64,000 bases of DNA from Methanomassiliicoccaceae archaeon (GCA_040776945.1 JAXGZN010000002.1:576001-640000); one strand, 5' to 3'; positions 10,030 through 20,910 are shown, counted from the first letter of the stretch. Notes: generated from the letters alone by a model not told the origin. Program-made: numbers and translations.

Positions 10030-10500
10030 ATGACCGGAGCGGACCTAGGGCTGATGTTCATCATCATTGGAGTGATCATGTTGCTGGCCGAGGCCGTGAC
10101 CCCCGGCGTGTTCCTGGTGGTGCCGGCAACGGTCCTGATAGTTCTCGGAGCCATCGGATTGATCGCGCCAGGTCTGTTGCTGAGCATGTGGTCGCCGATA
10201 ATTGCCTTAGTGATAGGGGTACCGGTCTTCATGGTCACGGTTAGGGCATATCAGAAGCTCTCGCCCCCCATGCCTCCAACCACCACAGTGGCGACGTCGC
10301 TGATCGGAATGGAGGGTGTAGTGGTCACCGAGGTCTGCCCCAACAACATCAGGGGCAAGGTGAAGATCCAGAACGATATCTGGAGCGCAACGTCCACCCG
10401 CCCCATAGAGGTCGGCTACAGGGTCAGGGTGGTCCACAGCGAGGGGGTTCATGTCAAGGTCGAGCCCATCGGAGCCGTTCCCGAGGCCGAGTGCAAGTGA
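10030..10500 (+). CDS. Short NfeD-family protein
   Basis: Three TMs with LLAEAVTPG, C-terminal OB fold LIGMEGVV..GKVKI..WSA; adjacent to a stomatin gene. Confidence 0.9.
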   Translation: MTGADLGLMFIIIGVIMLLAEAVTPGVFLVVPATVLIVLGAIGLIAPGLLLSMWSPIIALVIGVPVFMVTVRAYQKLSPPMPPTTTVATSLIGMEGVVVTEVCPNNIRGKVKIQNDIWSATSTRPIEVGYRVRVVHSEGVHVKVEPIGAVPEAECK

Positions 10501-10512
10501 AGAGGAGATGTT

Positions 10513-11619
10513 ATGGTCGATGTCGTAACGATCGGACTGTTGGTGCTGGCCATCGTGGCCGCGGTATTGATCCTCGTGACCGGTATACGGATCGTTAAGC
10601 CGTACGAGCAGGCGATATACATACTGCTGGGCACGTACAAGCGTACTTTGAACCCGGGCTTCAACTATGTGTTCCCGCTGATCAGCGAGGTGGTGAAGAT
10701 CGACCTCCGTACCCAAGTGCTCGAGGTCCCCCGTCAGGAGGTCATCACCAAGGACAACTCGCCCACCAATGTGGACGCCATCATCTACATCAAGGTCATC
10801 GATCCCAAGAACGCGTATTTCCAGGTCACCAACTATCGGGCGGCGACGGTTTACCTGGCACAGACCACCCTCCGTGCCATCATCGGCGACATGGAGCTTG
10901 ACGAGATACTGTCCTCCAGGGAGAAGATCAACCTGAGGCTCAGGGACATTCTGGACGAGGCAACCGACAAGTGGGGCGTCCGTGCCGAGGCCGTCGAGAT
11001 CCGGGAGGTCGACCCCGCTCCCAAGGTCAAGCAGGCCATGGAGGAGCAGACATCCTCCGAGCGTCTCAGGCGGGCGGCGATCCTTCGCGCCGACGGCGAA
11101 AAGCGCGCCGCCATTCTCAGCGCGGAAGGTTCCAAGAGGTCCCGCATCCTGCAGGCCGAGGGCGTACGGCAGTCCAAGATCCTGGAGGCTGAAGGCGAAA
11201 GGCTTGCCATCATCCTGCAGAGCCAGGGCGAGGCCCAGAAGCTGCGCATCCTTTCAGTAGGGGCCAGTCCGCTGGACTCCAAAGCGCTGGCGGTCCTGTC
11301 GATGCAGACCATGCAGAGCCTGGGGGCCTCCCAGTCCACCAAGTGGATCCTTCCGTTCGAGGTGTCAAAGGTTCTCGAGGGCATGTCCGAGTTCTTGGGC
11401 GTCTCCAGGCAGACCCCTGCAAGAGAGGTGTCCGATCAGGCGGCAGTGGAGAAGGCTGTAGGGAAGCCCGATGACGTTCTCGGCCCCATTCCCTCCCAGG
11501 CCGAACTCCGCTCGGAGCTGAAGGCATTGGAGGACGCCATGGCCAAGGAGAAGGAGGAGGCCGAGGCCCTCGGAGCCCTGGGGCAAGGGAAACCGGACAA
11601 GGACATGCTGAGCCAGTGA
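10513..11619 (+). CDS. Stomatin/QmcA-type SPFH protein
   Basis: N-terminal TM, QEVITKDN, LAQTTLR, AILxAEG repeats. Confidence 0.95.
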   Translation: MVDVVTIGLLVLAIVAAVLILVTGIRIVKPYEQAIYILLGTYKRTLNPGFNYVFPLISEVVKIDLRTQVLEVPRQEVITKDNSPTNVDAIIYIKVIDPKNAYFQVTNYRAATVYLAQTTLRAIIGDMELDEILSSREKINLRLRDILDEATDKWGVRAEAVEIREVDPAPKVKQAMEEQTSSERLRRAAILRADGEKRAAILSAEGSKRSRILQAEGVRQSKILEAEGERLAIILQSQGEAQKLRILSVGASPLDSKALAVLSMQTMQSLGASQSTKWILPFEVSKVLEGMSEFLGVSRQTPAREVSDQAAVEKAVGKPDDVLGPIPSQAELRSELKALEDAMAKEKEEAEALGALGQGKPDKDMLSQ

Positions 11620-11638
11620 ACCGTACACCCGAAATGGA

Positions 11639-11672
11639 TGAGGCCTCTTGGCCTCACCTTTCCTCATTTTTT
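11639..11672 (+). terminator. Hairpin plus T-tract terminator
   Basis: TGAGGCC-TCTT-GGCCTCA stem followed by TTTTTT just after the stomatin stop codon. Confidence 0.6.
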
Positions 11673-11840
11673 ATCCATCGGCCACGGCGGCCAGACCTGA
11701 CCCAGGGCCATTGACCTTGCCGTTCTCAAGATGCACCTCCCGGTCGTCCGGCCCATCACTGTTCGCGGTTCCTGCTTTCTATCCATCATGCTTGATAAGG
11801 GGGTCGTGATTATCCGGCCATAGATCAGGGGAGACCTTAG

Positions 11841-12560
11841 GTGCCGATCATACGCTGTGAGAACGTCACAAAGACATATGTAACTGGCGATGTCCGGGTG
11901 GAAGCGCTCAGAGGCATAACCATGGATATCGAGAGAGGGGAGATGGTCGCCGTTATGGGGCCGTCCGGATGCGGTAAGACTACGCTGCTGAACTGTTTGT
12001 CCGGCATAGATGACGCGACCTCGGGGCGGATAATCATAGAGGGCAACGAAATCACGACCATGGACGACGATTCCAAGACCGACTTCCGTGCCAAGCGGAT
12101 GGGATTCGTCTTTCAGTTCTACAATCTGCTGCCAGTGCTCACGGCCACGGAGAACGTCGAGCTTCCATTGCTCATCGCCGGGGTCGATCCCCAGAGTTCA
12201 AGGAGGAGGGCGACGGAACTTCTGGACGCGGTAGGGCTCTCGAATAGGGCCACTTTGCGCCCCAACTCCCTGTCCGGCGGAGAAAGGCAGAGGGTGACCA
12301 TCGCCAGAGCTCTGAGCAACGATCCGGCCATCGTTTGGGCGGACGAGCCTACCGGAGACCTGGACGTCAAGACCTCGGAGGAGGTCGTCTCCCTCATGCG
12401 CCGCCTCAATCGAGAGAACGGGCAAACCTTCGTCATCGTGACCCACGACCCGGAGGTAGGGGGCAGGTGCGACCGCATCATTCACATGCGGGACGGCTCA
12501 ATAGTCTCGATGGACGGGAACATCGACCACATCTCCGATGAGATCAGGCAGATGGGGTGA
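11841..12560 (+). CDS. ABC transporter ATP-binding protein (LolD/MacB type)
   Basis: [30 protein letters not shown]. Confidence 0.95.
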   Translation: MPIIRCENVTKTYVTGDVRVEALRGITMDIERGEMVAVMGPSGCGKTTLLNCLSGIDDATSGRIIIEGNEITTMDDDSKTDFRAKRMGFVFQFYNLLPVLTATENVELPLLIAGVDPQSSRRRATELLDAVGLSNRATLRPNSLSGGERQRVTIARALSNDPAIVWADEPTGDLDVKTSEEVVSLMRRLNRENGQTFVIVTHDPEVGGRCDRIIHMRDGSIVSMDGNIDHISDEIRQMG

Positions 12561-12564
12561 CGAC

Positions 12565-15540
12565 ATGGGTCTTAAGGGCGTCCTGCTCACGGTCACGACG
12601 ATAGCGCTGATGGCCGTGGCGCTGATCACGCTCCCCCTCACTTTGGCCGTCCTCGGCGTCATCGCACTGATGGTGATCTACATCCTGGCGGACGCCCTGG
12701 GCTATCGAGTCCTGTTCAAGATGGCCTTGCGCAATTTCACGAGGCGGCCGGCCACCACCGCCATGGTGCTGGCCGGCCTTATGGTCGGGACAGCGATAAT
12801 ATCTGCCTCCCTGGTTGTGGGAGATACCTTTGACAACATGGTAGTGGGGGAGACCTCCAAGACCTTCGGCAGCATCGATTTCGTGGTCACCGGCGCCGGC
12901 GACGGCTCGGGCAGAGGCCTGTACTCAGCTTCCAACGTATCATCCGTGAGGACGGATGTGCTCGGCCTCGAGGAGGCGGCGAGGGCGGAATGGGTCCTGG
13001 AGACAACGATCAGCATCAGGTCCCTGGCATCGGGCCTCACCCAGCCCAGAGTGGGCATGCTGGGCATAACCGCGTCCACCGCCGAAGGGTTCGGCGGGTT
13101 CATGGACGCAGGAGGCAAGCACATAACCTCCATCCCGGCCGAAGGGCATGCATATATCACCAAAAGGACGGCCGACCGTTTGGACATCAAGGACGGCAGC
13201 GAGATAATGCTGGCAAAGGACCAGGCCCATGTCATCACCAAGGTCGCCGATGTGGTTCTCGACGAGGGCCTTGCCACCTTGGGGCCGGGCATTTTCGTCG
13301 ACATTGAGACCGCTCAATGGCTGAGCGGCAATGAGGGAGCCGTCAGCCATCTGATCATATCTATGGGGCCGGAGGGGCGGGACCGGGTGAACACCTCACG
13401 GGAAGAAGTGAGCTCGATCCTGTCCATGTACCCTGGCCTGGACCTAAAGACGACCGGCGACCGGGCCATAGCGATCGAGGAGGGCCGTTCCCGCATCTCT
13501 ACGCTCTCATCGATGTTCTTCGTTTTCGGATCGTTCTCCATAATAGCCGGCATCGCTCTCATAATCAACATCTTCACCATGCTAGGGGAGGAACGGAAGG
13601 GCGAGATGGGAGTGGCCCGGGCAGTAGGGATGAAAAGAGCGCACCTCCGCAGGCTGTTCACCTATGAAGGGCTGGCCTACGCCATGCTGGCCGCGGCCAT
13701 AGGGACCGTGGCCGGCCTCGCTCTCGCCTACGCCTTGATCATTGCCGTCGGTTCGATGATATCTGCCGGCGGAGTGAACATCGGAAGGTACTTCGCGTTC
13801 ACGCCGCTCTCGCTGGCCGCCGCGTACTTGGCAGGATTCTCCCTTACCTTGATCACGATCTACTTGGTCACCTTCAGGATATCCAAGATGAACATCGTCC
13901 GCGCGGTCAGGAACATCCCTGAACCGCTCAGGGCCAGGGACGACAAGGGGTCGTTCCGAATCGGACTTCTTATGCTGGCATCCGGCACAGCGGTAATGGT
14001 CCTGGGCATGACGCAGGAAAGCCTGGCCCTGGCGTCCGGCGGCCTGTCCCTAGCAACGCTCTCCGCCGGCCTGCTTCTCCGGCGCTTCAGCAGCGACCGC
14101 GTGGCCTGGAGCTTCGCCGGTCTGGCGACCCTGTTCGTGTGGGTACCCAAGGGCTTCGCGATATTTCCCTATTCTGGCAACATCGAGATGTTCGTGATCT
14201 CTGGCGTTTTCATGGTTTCTTCTCTGCTAATAGTGGTCATCTTCAATTCCGACAGCATCGTTCGCGCCTTCACCGCGGTAATGAGGGCCAAGGGGAGCTA
14301 TCGAGCGGTCATCAAGACCGCCATATCCTATCCTCTCAGGGCCAGGATGCGCACTGCTCTGAGCATATTCATCTTTGGACTGGTCATCTTCACCGTCACC
14401 ACGCTCTCGATGATCTCTGGCATGCTGTCGGTCGGCATCCCGCATATGGTGGAGGAGACCTCCGGAGGGTTCGACATTGTGGCCTTCTCTGCCGCTCCGG
14501 TGGACATGTGGGGGACGATCAACGGCGCCCCCGGGCTGGTAGATGCGAGGAACGTGACCAGCATCATACAGCTCAGCCAAGGCTCGGCACTTGTCACCAT
14601 GAACCGCACCGATCCCCGGACCGGCCTTACGGAACAGGTGAGCTTCAGGTACATGGCGGTCGGCATCGACGACATGGGGCGTTTCTACACCGAAGGAACA
14701 TATCCGCTCAAGGAGTGGGACTCCTCGAGGTTCAGCAGCGAGCGGGAAGTATGGGACGCGGCCAGGAACAACGCGTCGGTCGTCGTTCTCGACGGCTCGG
14801 CAGGGGAGCCCGCCGGAGGTTTCGGTCTGTCCATGGGGAGCAGCGGTTTCACCGGCATCAAGATCGGAGACGACGTTCAGATGACCGATGTCCATGGCTC
14901 GAACATCACAATGACCGTCATCGGGATCACCGAGCAGAGCGCGTTCTCGGGCATGTTCATGAGCGCCGAAAATGTGCGTTCTAGGCTGGGGATCGCCGGC
15001 ACGAACCTTTTCTTGGTCAAACTGGCCGATGGCGCCGACCCCGACAAGCAGGCCACTCTGATCCAGAACCAGTTCTGGGAGACGGGGATGAGCACAATAT
15101 CCCTTAGAACGATGGCCCAGAGCGCGGTCAGCCAGATCGACGGCATGTTCAACCTGATAAAGGCCTTCCTGGCCCTCGGGCTCATCATCGGGATCACCGG
15201 CCTGGGCATCATCACCATAAGGTCCATACGCGAGAGGACGATCGAGATAGGGATGATGCGGGCCATAGGGTACACGAAGCGCATGGTGGTGGTCAACTTT
15301 GCCCTGGAATCAGCGTTCATCTCCGTGCTTGGAATACTGATCGGTTCGGTCCTTGGCGTCGTGGTGGGCTACCAGCTGTGGGAGTCCGTGTTCCAGGACA
15401 TGGGCATAGGATTCCTCGTGCCCTGGTGGCCGGTCCTCACGGTCGGCGGCATGGCATTCGTCGCCACCTTGCTCTGCGTGTATCCCGCGGCAAGGGGGGC
15501 GAGCAAGGTCTCGCCGGCATCGGTCCTGAGGTTCGAGTGA
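12565..15540 (+). CDS. FtsX-like ABC permease with duplicated FtsX domains
   Basis: ERKGEMGVARAVG and ERTIEIGMMRAIG motifs, two large extracytoplasmic loops. Confidence 0.92.
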   Translation: MGLKGVLLTVTTIALMAVALITLPLTLAVLGVIALMVIYILADALGYRVLFKMALRNFTRRPATTAMVLAGLMVGTAIISASLVVGDTFDNMVVGETSKTFGSIDFVVTGAGDGSGRGLYSASNVSSVRTDVLGLEEAARAEWVLETTISIRSLASGLTQPRVGMLGITASTAEGFGGFMDAGGKHITSIPAEGHAYITKRTADRLDIKDGSEIMLAKDQAHVITKVADVVLDEGLATLGPGIFVDIETAQWLSGNEGAVSHLIISMGPEGRDRVNTSREEVSSILSMYPGLDLKTTGDRAIAIEEGRSRISTLSSMFFVFGSFSIIAGIALIINIFTMLGEERKGEMGVARAVGMKRAHLRRLFTYEGLAYAMLAAAIGTVAGLALAYALIIAVGSMISAGGVNIGRYFAFTPLSLAAAYLAGFSLTLITIYLVTFRISKMNIVRAVRNIPEPLRARDDKGSFRIGLLMLASGTAVMVLGMTQESLALASGGLSLATLSAGLLLRRFSSDRVAWSFAGLATLFVWVPKGFAIFPYSGNIEMFVISGVFMVSSLLIVVIFNSDSIVRAFTAVMRAKGSYRAVIKTAISYPLRARMRTALSIFIFGLVIFTVTTLSMISGMLSVGIPHMVEETSGGFDIVAFSAAPVDMWGTINGAPGLVDARNVTSIIQLSQGSALVTMNRTDPRTGLTEQVSFRYMAVGIDDMGRFYTEGTYPLKEWDSSRFSSEREVWDAARNNASVVVLDGSAGEPAGGFGLSMGSSGFTGIKIGDDVQMTDVHGSNITMTVIGITEQSAFSGMFMSAENVRSRLGIAGTNLFLVKLADGADPDKQATLIQNQFWETGMSTISLRTMAQSAVSQIDGMFNLIKAFLALGLIIGITGLGIITIRSIRERTIEIGMMRAIGYTKRMVVVNFALESAFISVLGILIGSVLGVVVGYQLWESVFQDMGIGFLVPWWPVLTVGGMAFVATLLCVYPAARGASKVSPASVLRFE

Positions 15541-15716
15541 GCCCCCTCAGGCCGCGGCCTCCGGCCAGGAGGCGGCTATGACCTATCCAGGCCAGCCGGG
15601 CCGGCTGTGAGATAGGCGCAGCTCCCTCTAAAGGCCGGGGGCGCAGGCCGGTTCTCGGGTCCGATCATGGCAATAGTATATGTCGATGGGCCTTTCTATT
15701 CTGTCGGGGTGACAGA

Positions 15717-16187
15717 TTGTCCGGGCTGGGGGCATCAGGGGATGTCAGGCCGTCGGAGGAAACGGTCAGGATGATGGATGGCCTGATGGAGGGCATCGCC
15801 GAGAACGCCGGGGAGCAGGCCGCGGTCAGAGCGCGCCTGCTGCTCGACCGCGCTGCGGCCAGAGGACCGGAGGAGGCCCTCAGGGACCCAGCGAAGTTCA
15901 GGTCGCTCCTGCTGGAGCAGGCCAAGGCCTTCATAGAAAGCTCAGGAGGAGAGCTTGAGAACCACTTCCGCCTCATCGCTGCCTGCCATTTGCTGGTCAA
16001 TATGCTCAGGCCGTTGGTGGAGGACACCGACGATGAGTACATAACCACCGAGTACGAGGAGCTAAGCGAAGGGCTGAACGACCTGGAAAGGCTGGAAACA
16101 TTCAATCTGTCTCTTTACAACCGCCTCAGGACGATATTCGAAGGGACCCTAGAGCTCTCTGTTGCCTTGGGCATCGCTGAACCCTAG
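15717..16187 (+). CDS. Hypothetical acidic helical protein
   Basis: ORF with host-like codon usage; start uncertain (TTG 15717 or ATG 15771). Confidence 0.55.
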   Translation: MSGLGASGDVRPSEETVRMMDGLMEGIAENAGEQAAVRARLLLDRAAARGPEEALRDPAKFRSLLLEQAKAFIESSGGELENHFRLIAACHLLVNMLRPLVEDTDDEYITTEYEELSEGLNDLERLETFNLSLYNRLRTIFEGTLELSVALGIAEP

Positions 16188-16241
16188 GAGCTAACGGGAC
16201 GACAGTAAAAGGTATGACCAACCGGCTCCCATTGTTCGGTC

Positions 16242-17456
16242 ATGGAAGGTCAATTCATTTTATCCGGTCCGACGATGAAAGAACGTGTGCTCGATCTAGT
16301 GAACAAGATAAGGGACGGGGAGGGAGAACTGACCGAAGAGGTCAGGAACGCCCTTCTTGATACCGATCCGTTCCTCATCGAGAGCGCGGAAGCGGAGCTG
16401 ATCGAGGAGGGGGTGTCCCGAGAGGACATCATGCTGCTGTGCGATGCCAGGAGCGAAGTGTTCATCGCGGCCGATGAGATCGATGAGACGATCCTAGAGC
16501 GGCCTGGGCACCCCATCCACACCTTGATGGAGGAGCACCGGCAGATCTTGCTGTTCATGACCGAGGTCCGCGCTGCCGCGAGAGAGATGCGCGCCGGCGG
16601 TACGGGGACAGACAGGACGAGGTCGTGCCTTGACGAGGTCGAACCCTTCATCAAAGAGGCCAGGAAGCATTTCGATCGGGAAGAGAACGTCCTGTTCCCC
16701 TATCTCGAGAAGCATGGCATAGAGGGCCCTCCTAAGGCGATGTGGTCAGAGCACGAGGTGCTGAGGGCCAACGAACAGGAGCTGATCTCCCTGATCGCCC
16801 GGCAACGGTACATGGACCCGGACGAGTTCATCAACGAGCTGGAATGTCACGCCTCCACCTTGCTGGCATTGCTCAACGCTCACTTCCACAAGGAGAACCA
16901 CGTGTTGTTCCCGATGGCCGTCCGCGCGCTGGACGTGCATGAGTGGAACGAGGCCCGCCGCCAGTTCCAGGATATCGGGCCATGCGGCTTCGCAGAGCCG
17001 CATGCACCGCTCGAGCTCAGCATGACCGAGGTGGGGAGCATATCGCCAACCCAAGAGATCATTCTGCAAACCGGTCGGCTCACCGCCGCAGAGCTGGAAA
17101 TGGTGCTCGGAAAGCTGCCGGTCGACTTCACGTTCGTGGACGAGAACGATCAGGTGCGTTTCTTCTCCAATTCGCCCGACAGGATATTCATCCGGACCCC
17201 GGCGGTTGTGGGCCGCAAGGTCCAGAACTGCCACCCAGAGAGCAGCGTCCAGGTGGTGCAGCGCATACTCGAGGAGTTCAAGGCCGGGACGAGGGACAAG
17301 GCAGAGTTCTGGCTGGAGACCGGCGGGAGGTTCATCCATATACGCTATTTCCCGCTGAGGAGCGTCACCGGCAAATACAAAGGCGTGCTGGAGATGGTCC
17401 AGGACGTCACTGACATAAGGGGACTGAAAGGCGAGAAGAGGCTCCTGGACGATTGA
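16242..17456 (+). CDS. DUF438 / hemerythrin / PAS domain protein
   Basis: HPIHTLMEEH, HFDREENVLFPYLE, MWSEH, HKENHVLFP; C-terminal PAS (LPVDFTFVD..GRKVQNCHP). Confidence 0.9.
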   Translation: MEGQFILSGPTMKERVLDLVNKIRDGEGELTEEVRNALLDTDPFLIESAEAELIEEGVSREDIMLLCDARSEVFIAADEIDETILERPGHPIHTLMEEHRQILLFMTEVRAAAREMRAGGTGTDRTRSCLDEVEPFIKEARKHFDREENVLFPYLEKHGIEGPPKAMWSEHEVLRANEQELISLIARQRYMDPDEFINELECHASTLLALLNAHFHKENHVLFPMAVRALDVHEWNEARRQFQDIGPCGFAEPHAPLELSMTEVGSISPTQEIILQTGRLTAAELEMVLGKLPVDFTFVDENDQVRFFSNSPDRIFIRTPAVVGRKVQNCHPESSVQVVQRILEEFKAGTRDKAEFWLETGGRFIHIRYFPLRSVTGKYKGVLEMVQDVTDIRGLKGEKRLLDD

Positions 17457-18051
17457 CGGCGTCCGTCATCACCAGGGACCGCTCTCCAGTTCTTCGGGAT
17501 TGGGGCGGGGTCTTGGCGCCGAGATAAATGGGAACGGCCGAGGCCGCGGTGTCCAGCCGGTCACCGGCGGGCTTTCACCGGAACCTCCTGCCTCCATGCT
17601 TCAGGCCGTTCTCCCAGGTCCAAGGAGACCTTTCTCCGCCTCGCGGGAACCGCTTGACGGAAAGGACGAAGGGGCGTTCTCGTCAACTACCAATGTCCGC
17701 CCTTTGTCAGGCCCCTGTGACCGGTCCCGCATTTTCGTTCCGTTCAGTTGCCGGCGCCAATGCCCCCTTGGAACGTCCTTAAGCTCCGGGAAGGCCTGCA
17801 ATGGCCTGTTACCTATGGCCGCTGAGGATGGCAGGGAAACGGTCCGTCATCCGTTGACAGCAGGCCTCAGCGTCCTTGCATACTTCTTATCCCCGACCTA
17901 TCGGTCAGGTCAGTGGGAAAGCCCCGGACGATCATGTGCTTGGAACGCGGACCAGATGACCCATAGAAGGCCAAAACGCTTGATACATGAAGGCCGTACA
18001 CGCCATGCATGACCTCTCGTTCTAATACTCGCGCATGCTGTCCCTGTACCG

Positions 18052-18405
18052 ATGGACGAGGTCGAGGCCATAGGGAAGAGGAGACTCGAGCTCCTCAGGG
18101 ACAGACACCGGGACATGACCTTTGACGACGACTACATGGACACCGAGGTCGGGACCCGGGGGCTCGTTCGGGCCATCGACGCGAGAGGCGAGGTGGCGGG
18201 GTTGGAGTTCATAGAACCTGAAGGGGTTTGGGCCGACCCTGATGCGGTGGAGGAATACGCAGAGACCATGGAGGACGGGATCGGGGTCACGGTGATCGTC
18301 CCCGACAAGGAGAGGCTGGAGGCCGAGGCCTTGCTCCGCGAGGAAGCTGGCAAGGAGATCAGAGTGCTCTCTTACAAGGAGAGCACCGATGCCGGGTGGC
18401 ACTGA
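18052..18405 (+). CDS. Small acidic hypothetical protein
   Basis: 117 aa ORF with typical codon bias, alpha/beta pattern. Confidence 0.6.
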   Translation: MDEVEAIGKRRLELLRDRHRDMTFDDDYMDTEVGTRGLVRAIDARGEVAGLEFIEPEGVWADPDAVEEYAETMEDGIGVTVIVPDKERLEAEALLREEAGKEIRVLSYKESTDAGWH

Positions 18406-18502
18406 GGCTTCCCTGCCGGGGAACAACGTCGGGAAGGCACCAACGGCATAATCGTCCTATCCAGGGGCATCTTTTTATCCCCCATTGGTGCTCTTTCGCG
18501 GC

Positions 18503-19933
18503 ATGAGCGGCGATTGGACCGAGATCTACCGGCCCCATGGGCTAGCCGAGGTCGTAGGCAACCCCAAGGCGGTAGAGGACCTGAAGGCCTGGGCCGACGC
18601 ATGGGTGAGCGGGAGGCCGGTCAAGCGGGCAGCGGTCCTGATAGGCACCCCGGGCACTGGCAAGACGAGCGCAGCGCTCGCTCTGGCCGCCGACTACGGT
18701 TGGGACGTGATAGAGATGAACGCCTCGGACCAGCGGAACGCGGACGCCATAAGGAGCATAGCCATGCGGGGAGCTCTCGGGCAGACCTTCACCCCTGACG
18801 GCGATTATCACTCCACCAAGGAGGGGAAGCTGAAGCTCATAATCCTCGACGAAGCGGACAACATCAGCGGGAGGGAGGACCGCGGGGGCGTCCCCGCGAT
18901 CGTGGAAGTGGTGCGCACGACCAAGCAGCCCATCATCCTCATCGTCAATGATTGGTACGCGCTGTCAAAGAAGAGCTCTGTGTTGAAATCACAGACCGAA
19001 CAGATCAAGTTCTCTCGCATAAAGACCGTAACTGTAAGAGGGGTGCTCAGGAAGATCGCCAGGGACCAAGGGGTAGCGGTATCCGACAGGGCGCTGGAGC
19101 TCTTGGCTGAGAACTCGGGAGGGGACCTGCGCTCGGCCGTCCGTGACCTGCAGGCGGTCGCCACCGGCAGGAAGGAGGTCACCGACCTGGACACCGCTGT
19201 GGTCTCGGCGCGCGAGGTGGAGAAGACCATGTATCAGGCCATGGATGCGGTCTTCAAGGCCCGTGATCCCAGGGAGGCCAGGGCCAGGATGGCGGAGGTC
19301 GAGGAAACGCCGGAGACCAAGCTGCTTTGGATCGAGGAGAACCTGCCGATCGCGTACCGCGATCATCTTGACCTCTACCGCGGCATGCGTGAGGTAGCGA
19401 AGGCCAGCTCCTACCTCGGGCGGGTCTACCGCCGGCAGCATTATGGGTTCTGGAGCTATGCCGGGGACCTCCTGTCGTTCGGCGTCTGCGCGGCGAAGAG
19501 GCGAGAGGTCCACGGCTACATCCGCTACCAGTTCCCAAGCTATCTGATGAAGATGTCCCGCAGCAAGAGCGTGCGGATGCTGCAAGCGCAGGTATGCTCC
19601 AAGATCGGGGAGATGGTCCACATGTCCTCGGCCGAGGTCCGCCAAGAGGTGCTGCCATACTTCCGGCTCCTCTTCAAGACGAACAAGACGTTCCAGCTGA
19701 GCATGGCCGCGGAACTGGAGCTTGAGGACGAGGAGGCGGCGTTCATCCTGGAGGAGAAGATCGACTCCAGTGCGGTCAAGAACTTGATGAACGCTCTGAA
19801 GAAGGGCCTTGACGCCAATGTCAAGCGGGCTGTTAGACCGAACGACCGGGGGAAGCCGCCGGAAGCGCTGGAGGGACCGTCAGCGACGGCATCCAAGCCT
19901 CAGCCGGCACCCTCACAGCGCACTCTGTTCTGA
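18503..19933 (+). CDS. rfcL: Replication factor C large subunit
   Basis: WTEIYRP, GTPGTGKTS, EMNASDQR, ILDEADN, GDLRSA; C-terminal PIP-box-like QRTLF. Confidence 0.95.
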   Translation: MSGDWTEIYRPHGLAEVVGNPKAVEDLKAWADAWVSGRPVKRAAVLIGTPGTGKTSAALALAADYGWDVIEMNASDQRNADAIRSIAMRGALGQTFTPDGDYHSTKEGKLKLIILDEADNISGREDRGGVPAIVEVVRTTKQPIILIVNDWYALSKKSSVLKSQTEQIKFSRIKTVTVRGVLRKIARDQGVAVSDRALELLAENSGGDLRSAVRDLQAVATGRKEVTDLDTAVVSAREVEKTMYQAMDAVFKARDPREARARMAEVEETPETKLLWIEENLPIAYRDHLDLYRGMREVAKASSYLGRVYRRQHYGFWSYAGDLLSFGVCAAKRREVHGYIRYQFPSYLMKMSRSKSVRMLQAQVCSKIGEMVHMSSAEVRQEVLPYFRLLFKTNKTFQLSMAAELELEDEEAAFILEEKIDSSAVKNLMNALKKGLDANVKRAVRPNDRGKPPEALEGPSATASKPQPAPSQRTLF

Positions 19934-19939
19934 GGCCCC

Positions 19940-20875
19940 ATGACCACTGATCTTAGCAGGACGAGAGAAAAGCAACAGTACAAGATGCACGGTGGGCACG
20001 CGGCGGTCAAGCTATGCCACTGGATGCAGCAATCGCTCCTCAAGGACAGGCCGTGCTACAAGCAGGAGTTCTACGGGATCCGATCCCACCGGTGCCTCCA
20101 GATGACCCCCGTGGTAGACCAGTGCACGCACAATTGCCTGTTCTGTTGGCGCGTTCAGGGCTTCGACCGCAAGGAGGAGAAATGGAGGGAGCCGGAGGAA
20201 GTTCTCGAAGCATGCATCGCCGAGCAGCGCAAGCTCGTTTCCGGCTTCAAGGGCGATCCCCGATGCAAGCAGGAGATGTGGAACGAGTCCCGCGAGCCCA
20301 AGCAGGTAGCGATATCCCTCTCCGGCGAACCGACGATGTACCCTTACCTCGGGGACCTCATAGCATTATGCCACCGAAGGGGCATGACCACCTTCCTGGT
20401 GACCAACGGCACGCTGCCGGAGGCTCTGGAAAAGCTCGATCCTCTTCCGACTCAGCTGTATGTCACGCTCGCCGCCCCGAATCCTGAGGTTTATAAAAGA
20501 TTGTGCGTCCCCCGCATACCCGATGGATGGGAGCGCCTTATGCGAACTCTCGAGCTCATGCCGTCCCTCAGCACCAGGACGGTGATCAGGCACACCCTGG
20601 TCAAGGAATGGAACATCGGATGGGAGGACGAATATGCACGCCTGGACGCCCTGGCCGACCCCACCTTCATCGAGCCCAAGGGCTACGTTTTCGTTGGCGA
20701 TTCTCGCCGCCGGATGAGAATGGCCAATATGCCATCCCATGCTGAGATCAGGGAGTTCTCCGCCAAGCTGGGTGAGCGGGTGGGAATGAACATCCTGAAG
20801 GAGAGGAAGGACAGCAGGGTCCTGGTGCTAGGCGAGAACGAGTCTAGACTAAAGATCCCCGGGATCGAGGATTGA
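19940..20875 (+). CDS. taw1: 4-demethylwyosine synthase (archaeal TYW1), radical SAM
   Basis: HAAVKLCHW, CYKQEFYGIRSHRCLQMTP, CTHNCLFCWR, AISLSGEP. Confidence 0.95.
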   Translation: MTTDLSRTREKQQYKMHGGHAAVKLCHWMQQSLLKDRPCYKQEFYGIRSHRCLQMTPVVDQCTHNCLFCWRVQGFDRKEEKWREPEEVLEACIAEQRKLVSGFKGDPRCKQEMWNESREPKQVAISLSGEPTMYPYLGDLIALCHRRGMTTFLVTNGTLPEALEKLDPLPTQLYVTLAAPNPEVYKRLCVPRIPDGWERLMRTLELMPSLSTRTVIRHTLVKEWNIGWEDEYARLDALADPTFIEPKGYVFVGDSRRRMRMANMPSHAEIREFSAKLGERVGMNILKERKDSRVLVLGENESRLKIPGIED

Positions 20876-20910
20876 ACCAGGGAACGCGCCTATCTGCGGC
20901 GGGGCAGCGG

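Noticed and set aside
17457-18051. RNase P or SRP RNA in the long intergenic gaps
   Set aside because: I could not find the hallmark motifs (GAGGAAAGTCC, GGCCCGGAAGGGAGCA) on either strand
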